Below, piece after piece: positions 62,301 through 64,000 of a stretch of 64,000 bases of DNA. Each line of letters starts with the position of its first letter. The stretch's first letter is position 1. A program made the position numbers and the translations under genes. The notes under the pieces were generated by a model. It did no database searches. It worked only from the letters and a program-made list of their open reading frames with translations, and was not told the origin of the DNA. This stretch comes from Selaginella moellendorffii (Eukaryota > Plantae > Lycopodiophyta). The stretch lies in the NCBI RefSeq assembly GCF_000143415.4, contig NW_003314429.1:124001-188000 (forward strand). Direction: 5' to 3'.

Positions 62301-63403
62301 TCCATTCTACTTTAGTCACTTAACCACACCTCCGACCACTTGGAGGAGTCTCATTCACAACCTCCATAAGTCCAATCCAGGACTTGGGACTTGCTAGCCC
62401 CGAGAATGGCATCCATGCCACTCAACATTTGCACTTGGTCCAAGTGCTCCACGTGTCCGATCCCATGACCGACACTCAAAGGTACCACCGACATGCCAGC
62501 CCGTTACGCTAAGGCCATGCCCAATCACCTTTGCCACACTGGTAGTCCATTACCACTTGCATCACAGTCTTGGCTCTCCAAGACTAGGCAAACCATCCGT
62601 GAGTGGTCATCTGAGATCCACTCCTTAGCACCCTTAGGATGCCCACCGACAAGGGGAATAGCCTTCCCCAATATCCCTCTGTCAGTCCCCACTAAGTCCC
62701 TTTCTGCCCCTGGCCGTGTTTGCCAATACTGCCACTTGATCGAGACCCACAGGCCCGACCACTAAGTCCCACGGTCCTCTAGGACTTCCTCACCACACGA
62801 CTGTGTCCTTGGTCACTACCCCAGAGGACTGCTCCTCTTCCTTTCCACAGTCTGGGCCTTTGGGGCAACATTTCGGAACACCGTGGCCTTACACGAGTCA
62901 CCTGGGTACTCTCCTCGCCTTCTGCCCTTAGGTGCTCTAGCCATGGGCTTAGAGCGAGGTTCCGTTGAGCCACGCCTGGTATCCAAGTAGGTAGTGCCAC
63001 CCACACTTGGACTGGGAGCATCGGCCAGTCGATCTCCCGGGGGAACTAGAGCCGGCTCTTGAACACTTCACCAAGCTACCCCGCTTGTTGGTCCGTGTTC
63101 ACTCTAGTCTTGGACTTCCCAATGGGCAGCTCATCACCCAACACTGGGTCCGGCCTTCCTGGGCCAAACTGGCCTTTCCTGGCCAAATGGCTCCACTGCA
63201 ATCCTCCCCCTACTATACTTTTGGAGCTCACCAAACCCCCCAGGGTCTGGGAGACGAACGCTTTGGGCTTTCACCCTCTCAGGCTCCGGACTCGGACTCA
63301 GACTCAGACTCGGACTCGGACTCGGACTCGGACTCGGACTCGGACTCGGACTCGGGCTCGGACTCGGTCTCGGCCTCGGCCTCGGTCTCGGTCTCGGTCC
63401 CGA

Positions 63404-63435
<32 letters not shown>

Positions 63436-64000
63436 CCGGTCTCGGTCTCGACTTTGGACTCCATCTCGGACTCCATCTCGGACTCCATCTCGGACTCCAT
63501 CTCGGGTCCATCTCGGACTCCACCTCGGACTCCATCTCGGACTCCATCTCGGACTCCATCTCGGGTCCATCTCGGACTCCACTTCGGACTCCAACTCGGG
63601 TCCATCTCGGGTCCACCTCGGACTCCACTTCGGACTCCTTCTCGGACTCCATCTTGGGTCCATCTCGGACTCCACTTCGGACTCCAACTCGGGTCCATCT
63701 CGGACTCCACTTCGGACTCCAACTCGGGTCCATCTCGGACTCCACTTCGGACTCCAACTCGGGTCCATCTCGGACTCCACCTCGGACTCCATCTCGGACT
63801 CCATCTCGGACTCCCACGTGTCATGTGTTGGCCCTTTTGGGTCCCTTTTTGGAGCCTCGCCTTTTGCTCGCTTCGTGCTCGTTCCTCGAGCCCTTCGTTA
63901 GGAGTTCCACTCCCGCTCTCGACCTTTCAAGGCGGAGCTTTTGGCCCAAACGTGTTACACTCGTTTGGCTTTCGCTTCAGCCACTACCACGTGGCACCCT
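56365..64000 (-). mobile_element. Large-LTR non-autonomous/degenerate Ty3/gypsy-like element (runs off the window)
   Basis: LTRs at 56365-~58157 and 62284->64000 both begin TGTAAGCGAC and are nearly identical. An iMet-like PBS (minus strand TGGTATTGGAGC) is at 62269-62280 and a PPT-like GGGTGGTGGAGT is at 58158-58169. The internal region has only scattered RT-like remnants. Confidence 0.88.
57368..57931. repeat. Hexamer/dodecamer repeat array inside the LTR: (GACTCG)n, (GTCTCG)n, (GGACTCCATCTC)n
   Basis: Direct reading of the sequence. A second copy is at about 63287-63814 in the other LTR. Confidence 0.95.

Overview
Eukaryotic land-plant nuclear DNA. It is most likely a lycophyte (Selaginella-like), inferred from the very short introns, tight gene packing and intronless PLS-class PPR genes. 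Bases 1-7100 hold a compact gene block: two PPR genes, a cold-shock/zinc-knuckle protein, a 9-exon leaf-type FNR and a complex I NUXM/MNLL subunit. From about 6990 there is a ~27 kb segment that is repeated from about 34221 onward. Each copy carries a small secreted Cys-rich gene (A), a Ty3/gypsy insertion, a PPR gene, a second Cys-rich gene (B), a GRDP/DUF1399 gene, an unknown spliced gene and a degenerate satellite. The main finding is that genes A and B encode ~90-aa signal-peptide proteins with the 8-cysteine C-CC-C-C-CC-C spacing of fungal class I hydrophobins. They sit between bona fide plant genes, which suggests a hydrophobin-like family in a plant, either by horizontal acquisition or by convergence. 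The Ty3/gypsy pair shows a G_GGA_AAC slippery site followed by an H-type pseudoknot at the gag-pol junction, a tRNA-Ala PBS, and in one copy an anomalous 63-bp flanking duplication. There are also two non-autonomous LTR elements and two assembly gaps. All homology calls are from motif recognition only; no database search was run.
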